Shown piece by piece: positions 50,576 through 62,328 of a stretch of 64,000 nt of DNA; within the stretch, counting starts at the first letter, position 1; each line of letters begins with the position of its first letter. A program made the translations under genes and the position numbers. The notes beneath the pieces are model-generated. The model searched no databases. It saw nothing but the letters and a program-made list of their open reading frames with translations, and was not told the origin of the DNA. Origin of the DNA: Lepidodermella squamata. Its lineage: Eukaryota; Animalia; Gastrotricha. The stretch spans positions 186,001 through 250,000 of the forward strand of contig JBLDXI010000006.1 of NCBI GenBank assembly GCA_047495785.1, given 5' to 3'.

Positions 50576-51317
50576 TGTGTGACCACTTTTTAGGCGGGAA
50601 AAAAGCCTCTTCTGATTGGTTGATTCGAATAAAAGCGCGATTTTCAAAAGCTTGATTTTTTTATTGTATAAAAACATTATTTGTTTGTTGACAAAATAAT
50701 TGGTCGAAAAATTAAGAAAAAAATGACATGACGATGAGACGCAGCAGGCGTGACACAAAAAATTGATAGTATAAAAAATATCACCAAGTCATCAATGAGC
50801 GGGCAGTCAACAAATCGATAAAAAGCAATGTTAGACAAAATAATAATTTTTAACGCTAGGAAACATTAACTGTTGCATAGATAAACAAGAACCGTTTGTA
50901 TCAAACTATCACCAAGAATGCGATCACACAGTATTAATATTTTACCTCGAATACTAGTTTTCAAAAACTTCGACATTATGAACTACCAGAGACAATCATT
51001 TTATTGTAAGGAGGACAATAATAGTTCGTGAACTTTTTATAGAATTAAGAAATAGTAACAGAAAAATCATTGAAATATCGCATGAGGCATTTCAATAATA
51101 TGTTTATTTAGCATAAACACGTGATCATTACTTTCTAAAGGAAGACATTAAAAAAAGCTTCCGAGTTCATTTATCTAAACTAAATTCGCACTTCAATGGC
51201 ACAAACTAAGAGAGCAATGCACCATACAATATACGATCCAATATTCAATTAAATCGAATACCGAAATTCGGTAAAAATTCTAAACCGATTTCAAAATTTC
51301 CGAGAGTGATGAAGCAA

Positions 51318-52077
51318 TCAAGGGAAGACGACGTATTGCGCAATGAGATCACGCAGCTTTTTAACGACAGCAGGCTGAGTTCTGGGGCCGAAAACGTCGT
51401 CCCAGGCAGGGCCAGGCTTGAACTTGCGTCGCAGAAGAGTCGTTAGCTCAACATCGGACAGCCCTTTCTTTATCGCAGCGAGATTTTGGTCAGCGAATTG
51501 CGCAAGGGCGGTGAGTTCACTCTGAAAACAGAAAAACCGTTATTATTTTGAAAATCGAGCGGTTGATTTCGCGCACCTTGAGGTATCGATGGCGAGTACC
51601 CACAGAAAATGCTGGTGCAGCATCGATGAGTAGACTCATAGCCTCAAGCACAGAAATCGAAGCGGCGCCCAACACAGTAGCATTGTTCACGACGGTGCCG
51701 TCGGGACTAGCAGCTCGAGAAGAGCGGCGCGACGAATTAGTGGAGCTAGCGAGGCTAGAGCGACGAGAGCCTGATCTAGAAATCGACGCCAGCGCCAGTC
51801 TCGCGACAACCTCGTCAAGGTTGGTTTCTAGTAAATTTGCAACCATTTTGAAATGAGGCGGTTCATTGGCACTGAGACGGAACGCCCTCGCTACCGCGGC
51901 GTCTTTGTTAGCCGTGAGCCAATCTTTGCCGTCAAAGTATTTAAACAGTAACGGAAAGTTGGCAGCTGTATAGGTGAAGCGATATTCGGCTATCGCCGCT
52001 TCTTGCAGTTCGGTTATTGAGGCCGCCTCCAGCTCGACGAGACGAGTGTCGGTCTCGTAAGAGAGCTTGGCCTCCAT
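51318..52077 (-). CDS. PB1-like domain protein with Ser/Arg linker and small C-terminal helical domain (2 exons, 234 aa)
   Basis: MEAKLSYETDTRLV...LFKYFDGKDWLTANKDAAVARAF follows the PB1 pattern (Lys on the first strand; KYxD-x-D OPCA-like motif). A phase-0 55-bp intron (51522-51576) leads to exon 2, SELTALAQF...KKLRDLIAQYVVFP*. Confidence 0.7.
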
Positions 52078-52586
52078 TATTTAAAAATTTCTCTAAAAAC
52101 AAACATGGAAACGATTTATTAAATGGAGGAAGACAATAGGAGATCATTTGTAGCGGTAAAAAAACTGGAGTTTGAGAACACCGTGAGATTTGAACGATGA
52201 GAACCATTTCGCATGAAACGCCGTTTTGTCGATCGAGAAGAGTTTGCTAGAAAGGGTTTCCAGCTCTCCCAACACAACTTCCATCTCACCATAAGTTAGC
52301 GAAATTCGCTTCGAGGCGATACGACCGAATCTAAGAATAATTTTCAATAAGGGAATAGGGGGAAAATTCGAAAATACTTTTTAAAAAGTTTCAGCGCGTT
52401 GCAACGAGTAGAAGGAACAAAGACAGCACCACCTCGAGGTAGCAAATTTCGCCGTCTACAGTTTCCTCGCCGGGTAGACAAGTAGTGAGCTATCATAACA
52501 CGAATAGCACCTACTAGTTCGGCCATCAATTCAAAACAATTAGTCTGAAATGACTATTTAAAATTAATTTTAGAAAATAACATTTA

Positions 52587-54789
52587 ATGGATGACATTCC
52601 GATTGCCAGGGTTCCGGTTGGTAGAAACATGGATGGAACTCCTGCGCTTATTCGAGGGGTCGCAGCAGTCATGAAAGCTGGGCGCCGCAGACCACTACGC
52701 AAAAATTTTTGGGAGCTAAGTAGGCAACAAAAACTGGCACGCTTGCGAATGGCTATTGAAGACTATTTGGCCAAGTTCAAAGATTCACCCTCTTTTCGCC
52801 ATTTTATTGGCGGAGCGGAAGTGGAGCAAATGGAAATGCAAGTTAAAATGAAAGATCTCAATTCTGTTTCAGTGTCAGATCCACCTGCGGAAAAAGCTAG
52901 CTTAAAAAAAGCTAACACTTGCGGCGAGTAAGTTTTTGATATCACCGATACTTATTCTCTAACTAGCAGTCTACAATAAAAGAGTCGCTGATATTCAAGC
53001 TGAAAAAATAGTTCCGTCTCGATCTGCATACCCTATCGCGAAAAAATTGGGGCACAGATACATCTCACGGCGAGGTTTATCAAAGGCGCGGAAATTACTT
53101 TCTACCGGAATGAAAATAAGCGGAGTCAACTTGGGTATTAATTTTCAGAATTAATTGAAAATAACTTTCAAATTTAAATCAAAATGTTATTAGGCGAGTC
53201 AGAGACTGGTGTATACATTGCATTGGCTGAATACTTGGAGAAATGGGTTGCAACCGGTCATTTGCGCAAAGACAGAATCAACGAGATAAGATTTCAAATT
53301 GATGGTACAACGCGCAGAACATCTGTCGGCGAACCTTTAGTTCAAGCGACTATTTGCTTTGTTGCCAAGAAAAGAAAACCTGGCCTCGACGAAGAGTTCC
53401 AATTGGTTATTTACGAGGGTAAAGAATCCTACGAGTCGGTAAGACATTACTTGACACCAATTATTGATGAACTGGTGAAATGGGCAACCGAAGGAGTTGA
53501 AGACGCCAAAGGAAACAAGTACAAAATAAAAATTATTCTTGTTTGCGATTACCCCATGCTTGTATGGATGCAAGCTTGCGGGCACCAAAGTTCTCATCAT
53601 GGATGCATTTTTTGTACCGTCGACTTCAGATTGGGCGATGGGAATGGAGAGCCTAGGCAGTTTCATTTGATAGAGCAAGAGCTATCACATTTGAATGCTC
53701 GCCAGAGAGAGGCTTTGGGTTGGCATGCACTTCTACTCCCAATGTTCAAGCTACCGAGCTCAGCATTTGAAATCGCACCTTGTACGCTACATCTTGAAAC
53801 TTGTATCACTGGATCGGCGTTAGAGGCGGTAAGAAAATGCATTTAATGCTAGCAGTAATTGATTTAATAATGCTAGATGCTGACTAAATTCAAGCGAGAG
53901 CACTTGACAAGTGCATATCGCAACATCGCGATCATCCTTGAAAGAAGTTCGAAAAAACTGACAGTTCAACCATCAACGACAAATCCACAGAAAGTCAGCA
54001 TAACTCGAGCGAACCATTACGCAACGACTAATGTCAGTAACTAACATAATGAGTAATATGTGATTCAACTCTAGATGAACTTTTCAGTCTCTGAAATGGC
54101 TAGCGATGACGGGGAGTTTATTTCAGTACCTGGGACCCAACTGGCACTTGGAAGTTATTCAGGGGCTTTATGGCCGGGATGTTGCTTTCTACAAGCGATG
54201 GCTTCTTGATAACCATCGCATACGGGTAAGAAACAATTGGACACTTGAGGAGATGCAGCTAAAAGCCATAGAGAAAGGTTTGGAAAGGGAGGTGAGTAGA
54301 CTTGAGAAGATTTCAGACAGCGTCATCCTCCTAATTTCAAAAAACTTTCTAGAAAATTCAAGAGCTGCACAACTACATCTTAAACTGTGATGAGCTGCTC
54401 AGGTCTTGCAAACGCGTTTTCGAGCGCATTGATGGAATGGATTTGCGGGGAGACCCGGAGGAGGATTTTGTTGGATTCGAGAATTCATTTCGGCAAGTTG
54501 TCGGAAATCTCACGACATATGCTCACAGTAAAGAATATTGCTTTGGAACAAAATATAGCTTATGTTATGAATTATTTCAGTTACTGCGCACCACGTTTTG
54601 CCACTGTTAAGAAGAGGCATTAATTTGCGGTTGTTGTCAGCGGAATCGATTGAAATTCGACAGAAGCATTTAAAAAGAATGCTGTCTATGACCTGTCCCG
54701 CTCTTAAAGACTCTATCCCCCGCCAGCTAATGAAACTTTTCGTGATGAGAACGAACCAATATTGGCGAAAAAAACTAGCTGGACGATGA
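52587..54789 (+). CDS. RAG1/Transib-like DDE transposase/recombinase (7 exons, ~627 aa)
   Basis: Exons 52587-52923, 52967-53134, 53194-53828, 53877-54032, 54088-54291, 54353-54527, 54581-54789. Motifs: GRRRPLRKNFWELSRQQKLARLR (NBD-like), FQIDG, VCDY, CIFC, CTLHL, TTYAHITAHHV, SAESIE. Intron 1 needs a GC donor or a 1-nt frameshift. Confidence 0.8.
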
Positions 54790-55038
54790 AACAAAAGCAA
54801 AAGAACCAAATAATGTTCCTAACCACTGAGCGCGAAAGATCAAATAAAGTTGAGACTTGTGATAAGATTTCCTTAACCGGTGTTTTAAAGTGACCGAAAG
54901 GCATGCGGAATTCGTGTGTTCATGATGGAATGTGAAATAAACAATGAAACGTGCTGACAAGCCGTATGTCACAACTGGCGCGAACAACTTCCAGGAACGT
55001 GAGGCAGCTGACGCAGGAAAACAATACAGCGGATTCAA

Positions 55039-57178
55039 TCAGCGCGCTCGCGCACTATTTTGACGCAAAATCATTGATAATATAAAATTATGAATTAATA
55101 CAGAAAACACGCTATTGATGTAAAAATTATTTTTGAGACATTTTGAATTTTCGCGCTCCATATTACGGTCCTGAGCCAACCAATCAGAATCCTCGACAAA
55201 ATTGAACTTACAGCTGGTTCTACAATCATGGAATGGATGATGAGCAGCCATTACATGGGATGTAGTAGATTCAGTCGTAGTAACAGCCTGAACGATGGCT
55301 TCTTCTTCGTCCCCAACCGAGTCATCGATTTCCGCAGCTGCTGAATTGTAGTCGAACGCCGAGAAATTATAAATTGATTGTGATCTATATTTTGGCTCTG
55401 CGGCATCCAAGGCGATCAAATAGGCAGACATATCAGCTTCGTCAGCTCCTTTTATCAGTAATAGTTCAACCATGTCTTGTCTCGAAAGCTGCCTGGCTAA
55501 TGTAAGAGCTGTTTGACCGCCTTTAGAGCGAAATCCTAAATCAGCCCCATTTTCGATTAGCAATTTGACCATTTCAATGCTCCCTGATTCAACGGCCTCC
55601 ATCAGAACCGAGTATCCGCGGTGAGAAGTCGAGCTGACATTAGCCTTATGACGGAGCAAGAGCTTCGTAAAATTGAGGTTGCCGTTCTTCAGAGCTGTAA
55701 CAAATGCCGAATCGCCCCACTCCGGTTTGAAGTTGACCTCAAGCTCGCTAAAATTGTCATCTGCAACAATCTCATTTACGAAGTCGTCGTCGTTATTCTC
55801 AATAGCCATAACCAAAACGGCGCGATGGCTCCTGTAATCTAATTTTTCTCCTTTAGCTTTTCTGACCAGCAGTTTTATCATGTTGTAATCATTTATGTTC
55901 AAAGCTAGGGCCATCGCACCTCCATAACCTGTGTAGGCCCCAAGTTCCCCAAGAAGTTCAACAATGTCGAAATTGCCATTTTCGACAGCGGCAGCTAACA
56001 GGTATTCTCCAGACTTGGCATTCACCTTCGCGCCATTTTCTACAAGTTTCCGGATAGAATCTGTGTCGTTTCTGTTTACTGCTTCAAACAGGTCCAGGTT
56101 GAGGTAGGTTTTATTTCCCACTCGATCGATCAGAAATTCGATCATCTCGACGTATGGATCCTTCTGTGACTTGGCGATCCCAAGAATACTCCGACCAAGG
56201 TTGTCTACAATGTTGGTTTTAGCTCCATTTTCGAGGAGAAATCGCAAGATCTCGAAATGTTTCTGCACAACAGCTATCATCGCAGCCGTTCGGCCATTTT
56301 CATCTCTATCATCAATATCCGCCCCACTCTTGACTATAAGCTTGACCATCTCTAGATTTCCGTTGCAAACAGCGGCCTTTAGCGGAAAATCGCCCTCCAG
56401 ATCGATGATATTGATATCAGCCCCATTCTCGATGAGCAGCCTAGTCGTCCTTATAGAATCAGCTTGGACAGCTTTGATCAAAGCGGACTGGTATCTCTTA
56501 TTTTTCTGGTTGATATTTGCCCCGTTTCGGAGCGGCAGTTTAACAACGTGATAGTAATCTCTGCCAGCTACATCCATTAAGAGGCTATTTTCCTCATAAC
56601 CAGGGGCTGAATTTATGTCCGCTCCTTTATCGATCAGCAACTGAAGGATTTCGGTGTAGCTTTCCAATAAACTCTCCGAATAATACATTTTCGCAACCGC
56701 AACATGTATCAGGGGCGTCTTGCCATTGTTAATTATCGATGGAAATTCGAAATTCGGGTCGAATCGGTCTTCAGTAGCATTATTTATGGCATCAATAACA
56801 TTTCGAGTCGATTCAACGCTTGTTACTTTGTTAAATTCACGGTAAATGTCATAAGTTGCCTCTGATACCTAAAAAATCAATCATTTTACTGTTAGTTGGG
56901 CTGGTTAGTGGCATTCCACTTTTTACCTCACATGGCTTGCTTGAGGGATTCCAGCGTCCTTTGACACAAGTTAAATTTAGAGGCGGTTTCCATTTGTAAC
57001 CTGGTGGGCATTCGATGGTTACAGTTGAATTTCCAAAAACTTCCGTTCCGGTAGGAAGAGTTCGATTGTTCGATAATTCGTAGAATATTTTGAATGGATC
57101 ACTCACAACGCATTTCACATTTGCACGAGCATTTAGGAGGGCTACCTCCAAAAAGAGCAGCAGCAGAAAAAACTTCAT
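55039..57178 (-). CDS. Signal peptide - Sushi/CCP - multi-ankyrin-repeat protein
   Basis: Exon 1 (57178-56927) encodes MKFFLLLLFLEVALLNARA plus a C..CPPGY..C..GRW..PC sushi. A 58-bp phase-0 intron (56869-56926) leads to exon 2, which is open into the 549-aa ANK ORF (roughly a dozen repeats) and an acidic/Thr-rich tail. The 3' end is uncertain (possible donor at 55211). Confidence 0.82.
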
Positions 57179-57917
57179 GATGCCTGCTAGAAATTTGTAA
57201 TCAGAACTTCTGCAATGGAATTGCTGGTCTATTCCGGCCTCGTGATCGAAAATATTCAAATTAAGCGTCGGAATGACGACTAGACAGACGTTAACTTTGA
57301 ACTTTTCGGAAATTATGCGCTCATGTGATGAATTTTAATAGAAAATCATCCTTCAGCTTTCATCTACTGCGCTGAGCTGATATAACTGGTAATATTAAAA
57401 AAATTGAATTATGGAAGGTTCAGCAGGGTTCTTCACGGTGATTACTGCAATTTTTACCGGGTGGTATTTACCGGTTTTTACTCGGTTTTAAAATTGACTT
57501 CGATTTTTCCACCGATATCCACCACTGCTGCATCTGGAGCACAACTTATAACTTATAACTTAACAACAGACGCGCGATATAATAGTTGCGACTTCAAGTG
57601 GTCCATAGGCTTAGTATTAGCATTCGCGCATCTACAGGTATGATAAGTACGCACGAGACTGACTTAGCGAAGATGCAAAAAAGTTTGTTTTACGGCTTTT
57701 CTTTCTATTGAACAATTTAGAGGGATCGTTGTAGATCTAACGAGTGAAGCGATTCCTGCTTAATTTGCCTTTTTGCATTTTTCCGACCCTGGTATGATTG
57801 TAGTGTTTCTATCAGCAGAATTATCATGCATTCGAAGCCAAGTTTTAATTTTTCAATCGCGATCCCCAAACCAAAAAATATGATTATTAAGGTTATGATT
57901 ATGTGCGACGTGGTTGA

Positions 57918-59122
57918 TTAATTAGGCTTGACGACAGCCCAGGAGACGTCGGTCTCGATACCACAGATGTTCTTGCCCTTGGGGATGCGGAAGTAGCCAG
58001 CCTCACCTGGAATGATTTATCAAATAATCATATAATTCGCTTGAAAAAAGGTGAAAACATACCCCAGGAGCAGCCCCAGCTGTTGCGGACGATCCAGTAG
58101 TCACCATCCTTAGCATTGCGGCCATAGCCAACGATGACGACGGCGTGGGTGGTGTCAGTAGCCAGAACGTTGGAACCGCACATCTCCCCCTTGAAAATGC
58201 CACTCTTGTAGGCGAAAAAGTCATCACCCTTCTTAACCTTGATGCCAACGTTGACGGGGCCACCACGGAGAGCATCCTCAATCGACTTGATGCTGATATC
58301 AGGCTGACTTGGGTGCCACTTCTGTAGTTGGCCGACAGCGAGAACAGTGAAGCCCTTGGCATCAGCAGACTTGACATTGCAGCTCTGGAGAATAGCGGCG
58401 TAGGGGTAGGAAGCAGGGCCGTTGTAGCCGGTCCTCTTGGTCTGGAAATAGTCATAGACACCAACGGCGCTGCCTCCGTCGCAACCGTTGTTGTACTTTC
58501 CCAGGGAGCAGTCGACAATCTGCTGCTCAGACATGGGCACGGCCCTGGTCTGGCCGGTAGACAGGGCAAGACGGGTTTCCAGCTCGGCGATGCCACCGAA
58601 AGCGTAGCAGGAACCGCACTTCTTCTGGTTCTTGATCGGCACCATAACGCAACGCCAGTCGACAATTACGCCGTCGTACTTCTGATACGGAAGGATGGTG
58701 TTGTCCTCGTTGGTAGAAACCTGGCGGGCGTAGGCGCGAGCAGCGGGATGAACGAACTGCTCGACCGACGGGATCATCGTGGCGTTGGGAGCCTCGATCG
58801 GTTTCTTGGTAGCGAAATACGCGAACTGTTCTTCGAAACTGTCGTGGCAGTTCTCGTTCAGGCCATACTCGACGTCGTTGTCCTTCTTGTCAAACAGGTG
58901 AGCTTGGATCGCGTTCTTGATGACGTCAGCCTGGGCAGCCTTGTGCTCAGCGAGACTGTCGATATCCTTCGGCAGAGGGAACTCCTCGGCGAATTTGTCG
59001 TAGATGGGATGACAGCCTTCGAAGGGCTTGTCGGCGGTTACAGCGGATTGCGAGGCTGCATCCTCAGCGAAAACAGCGCTCAGAGAAGCAGCGGCGAATG
59101 CCACCAGAATGAAACGAGCCAT
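57918..59122 (-). CDS. Papain-family (C1A) cathepsin-L-like cysteine protease
   Basis: Signal peptide; NQKKCGSCYAF, SEQQIVDCS, GCDGG, THAVVIVGYG and RNSWG. Intron 58007-58062, then GEAGYFRIPKGKNICGI...*. Confidence 0.92.
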
Positions 59123-62100
59123 AATTTGACTTTAGTCGCGGCGAAATGAGATTTTCCGCTGCGCTACGCCGCCTTTTTATATTTGCAATTTCGGTTTCTT
59201 CGAGGGTGTGTTTGCTCACATGTTTTACGGTTTGTTTAAATCCCTGGGAGCTATCCAGAACAGAGTTTCATCTTCTCCTCGCAACGCTTCGGCGTTTATT
59301 TGATCAGATGGCAGTTTAGCAAATTCTGAGTGCTTCCCAGAGTTGAACGGACAATTTGTATCCATTTTTTATCCGACATCGCAGAAATTATTCTTCTGCC
59401 TTTACTACTCATAAAATGTGCCGAGAGTTAGCAATAAAAAACTGATGTTTTGAATGGTTCAAGAATTTGAGGAGAATATCGCTTTTTGCGAAACGTGAGC
59501 TCAGATGTTTCATCAGCACAATCTATCCCTGTAAAACAAGAAAGATGAAATGGCAAAGGGTGATTTCGGGTGCAATTTTTTGGGTACAAGACGAACGTCA
59601 CACTCACATTAAGAATTTTCAATCGTTAAGACTTTCGTCGTCCTTTGCGGGCACTTCATGGAAGCTGGTAGATTTCAGGTCTATTTGCCTTTTTCTTAGC
59701 TTTTTCATTTCAGGAAAAAAATGCGCAGTGTTGGTCGAACTACGAGTCTTTGATTCTACAAAGGTTTCCTTTGGCAAGGCCTCGGGGATGAAAGATCCAG
59801 TGCAAGGAAAATGTGGCATTAGCCCTGTCCTTGCAGCTATGTGATGATGTGACGTTTTGACGTTCACATTGTTGCCACCCTGGAATAAAAAGCCCATAAT
59901 GCTCGATTTGTTTCACTAATTTTTTTAGTTCGAGTGCTCAGCGAGAGTGCCGATATTCTCCGGCAACTTGGAAGCCTCAGCGAATTTTTCGTAGATAGGA
60001 TGTGTCAGGGTGCGAAGAACACCGTTCTACTTTTATATTTCTGATTTCGACATCTTCGCTGGTGTGTTTGCTCGTACGTTTTCATCATACTGTTTGCTCA
60101 CGTGTTTCACGTTAGGTTCAAATCCGTAGGAAAAACCGTATCCAAACCGTATTCTCAGCTGCTTATTGTCACGATGCTGGCTATGTTTAAATAGTTGACG
60201 GGTAAACATGATCGGTTTCGCAAGCGTGGGCTTACAGTTTACCGGCAAAACTTCAGTCATTTCCGCTACCCTTGATGGAGCACAGATAAAGTAAACAAAA
60301 AATTGTCTTTGAGCGAAATACATATTTCTAAACACGCCGCTTAGTCTAAGGTGATCTAATCCACCATCCGCGGAACTGTATTGGACGAGATGGAAATCGC
60401 ACACTCAACTAGCCCGCCTTACAGCTCACCAGACAACGTCAATATCGATGACACCCGTAGGACAGGACGACCAGTTGCGCGACCTTCAAGATCCAACGAA
60501 CAGTTTAGTTTGAGCTGAGTTAGAAAGCGACGACTTCCCAAACATCCGTGTGGCATGCGCTGTCCACCGAGAATCAAAAGCACCCATCAACTATTCTGGC
60601 GACAATCGACGAAGTGGCAACAAGCCTCGCCACAAAGTGAAGCAGACGCCGCGGAACAAGCGAAATGAGCAACGGAGCAACACAAAGATTGCCCTGGCCT
60701 TTGGTTAGCAGCATCTACTTCCATCGACGCTTGAGACTGAATACAACCAGGTCCGAGGCTGCTTGGTCTCGTTCGGGTCACGGATATTGGGTAAGGTAAC
60801 CTAAATATGCATACAAAATTTCAACTTTTTCGGAGACCTGCCGCTTCATGGACCCGGGTCCGGGTACTGTAACCTCCGAAAGGTTCCAGCGAATAGCCAT
60901 CATCCACCTGAAAACCACATATTTATGATTAACGAGATATCCCTATTGCAATGACGCGAAATATGATTAAGCAGATTAAGGCAGGGTTTTAAAATTTGCA
61001 TTAACTTAACACACTATGAACCTAAACCTAAATTCATCTTCGATGTCGGTCTCCTTTGGTGAATAGAGTAATTCGACCATGCGACATCTCAATGCCGGAC
61101 CCTCTTAGTTTCGTGCAAGTCCCATATTATCGCGCAATCAGATGGTAGAAATAGACTTCTTCGCGAACGCGAAGTAGGAAAGTTTCGTAAATTTCAGGGA
61201 CTTCCTGAGCCATAATTTTAAACGAATTGAAGACGAAGATTTCAACGGATTACTTTCAAATTTCTCCCGTTAAAAACTAAGGGGAAACAGTTTCACACAT
61301 ACCATAGATTTTGCGCGAAGAGGCTAAGTTGCGCGTAAAACCTTTTCACATTTATTTGGTTCGCACATTAACTCCATATATTTAATAGAATGAGAATTGC
61401 AGAACCTTTATTTTGGTATGATGAAAATTGTTTTATTTGCCCTTGCACAAATTTTCTATCAATAATTTTGAGACAACCAACAGCAATCAAACAATGAAAC
61501 AAATTCAATAATCAATAATACCGTATTTGTGCCAATAGAAGCCAATAGTAGCCCAGGGTTGAGGAGTGAAGTTGGTTGGGAAACATCAAAAATGGACAAT
61601 TCACCAAAAATTATTTGTTGAAATTTCCAACATTTCGAGGTTTAAATGTTATTCGCCCGGGCTGCTGTAGAAAAAAACGGTAATAGAAAACGATCAAGGC
61701 TCGAGTATGGGGTGAACAGACTCTTGTTAGAGACAGTTGGCAGGCGACGATTTTGAGGAGGCACATTAGAGAATTTAGCGCGAACAGTGTGATCTGTCGG
61801 TCAAATGAATAGGAAGACGCAGAGGAGCTTGACAAACACTGGAGCCTTCAGGGGCGGCGACTGGAGGAGACGAACGCTTCAGACGCAAATGCGGAAAATG
61901 CCGAACGGTATTGTCAGCATAGTGACTTTGAGTGGTGGCCAGGAAGGTGGAGATGCTTGACACGCGGCATTGCTGCTCAAGAGCAGAAATTTGGCAACGG
62001 TCTCCAGTCGGACGTGGAGAATAGCCCGAAGGCAATTGTTCTGAATTGCGTCAAAACGGCGAAGCTGAGTTTTGGTGGCAGAGGCGAGCTCAACCAAGGT

Positions 62101-62328
62101 CGCAATGTAGCGGACGAACGAAAGGTATTGAGCAGCGCAATCTCAAAGACAGTCCCCGACGACGCACGACCGCGAGAAACAATGACAAACCACGCCCGGG
62201 CCGTTGTTGGTCGTGGTTGCCAAGTGACGTGTTCATCGATAATGAGCCTGAGGATGCGCAACACAGTCACTTGGGGAAAAGCGGTGTTTCTCTGTTCCAC
62301 ACGAAGGATCGGAGGCTGGCAAGAGTAA

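Noticed and set aside
50573-50579. CACAATG (Transib/RSS-like heptamer) on the minus strand next to the RAG1-like cassette
   Set aside because: It points away from the cassette into ankyrin coding sequence, has no nonamer at 12/23 spacing, and has no matching partner end or 5-bp TSD.
50900-55000. Candidate CAC...GTG Transib termini (50926/54918 and 51118/54953)
   Set aside because: Only about 5 contiguous bases match and the flanks show no TSD.
54775-55038. Possible terminal exon of the Sushi-ANK gene, spliced from the donor at 55211
   Set aside because: Phase-compatible, but it has no recognisable protein features and overlaps the 3' end of the RAG1-like gene. Unresolved without transcripts.
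58328-59149. 273-aa + strand ORF
   Set aside because: Antisense shadow of the codon-biased cysteine protease.
60006-60017. cagggtgcgaag, identical to the start of the hAT MITE TIR at 32694
   Set aside because: No partner TIR or TSD was found in the window, so no element can be delimited.
59400-61700. Several short ORFs and TE-like fragments
   Set aside because: No recognisable protein motifs, splice chain or paired termini.
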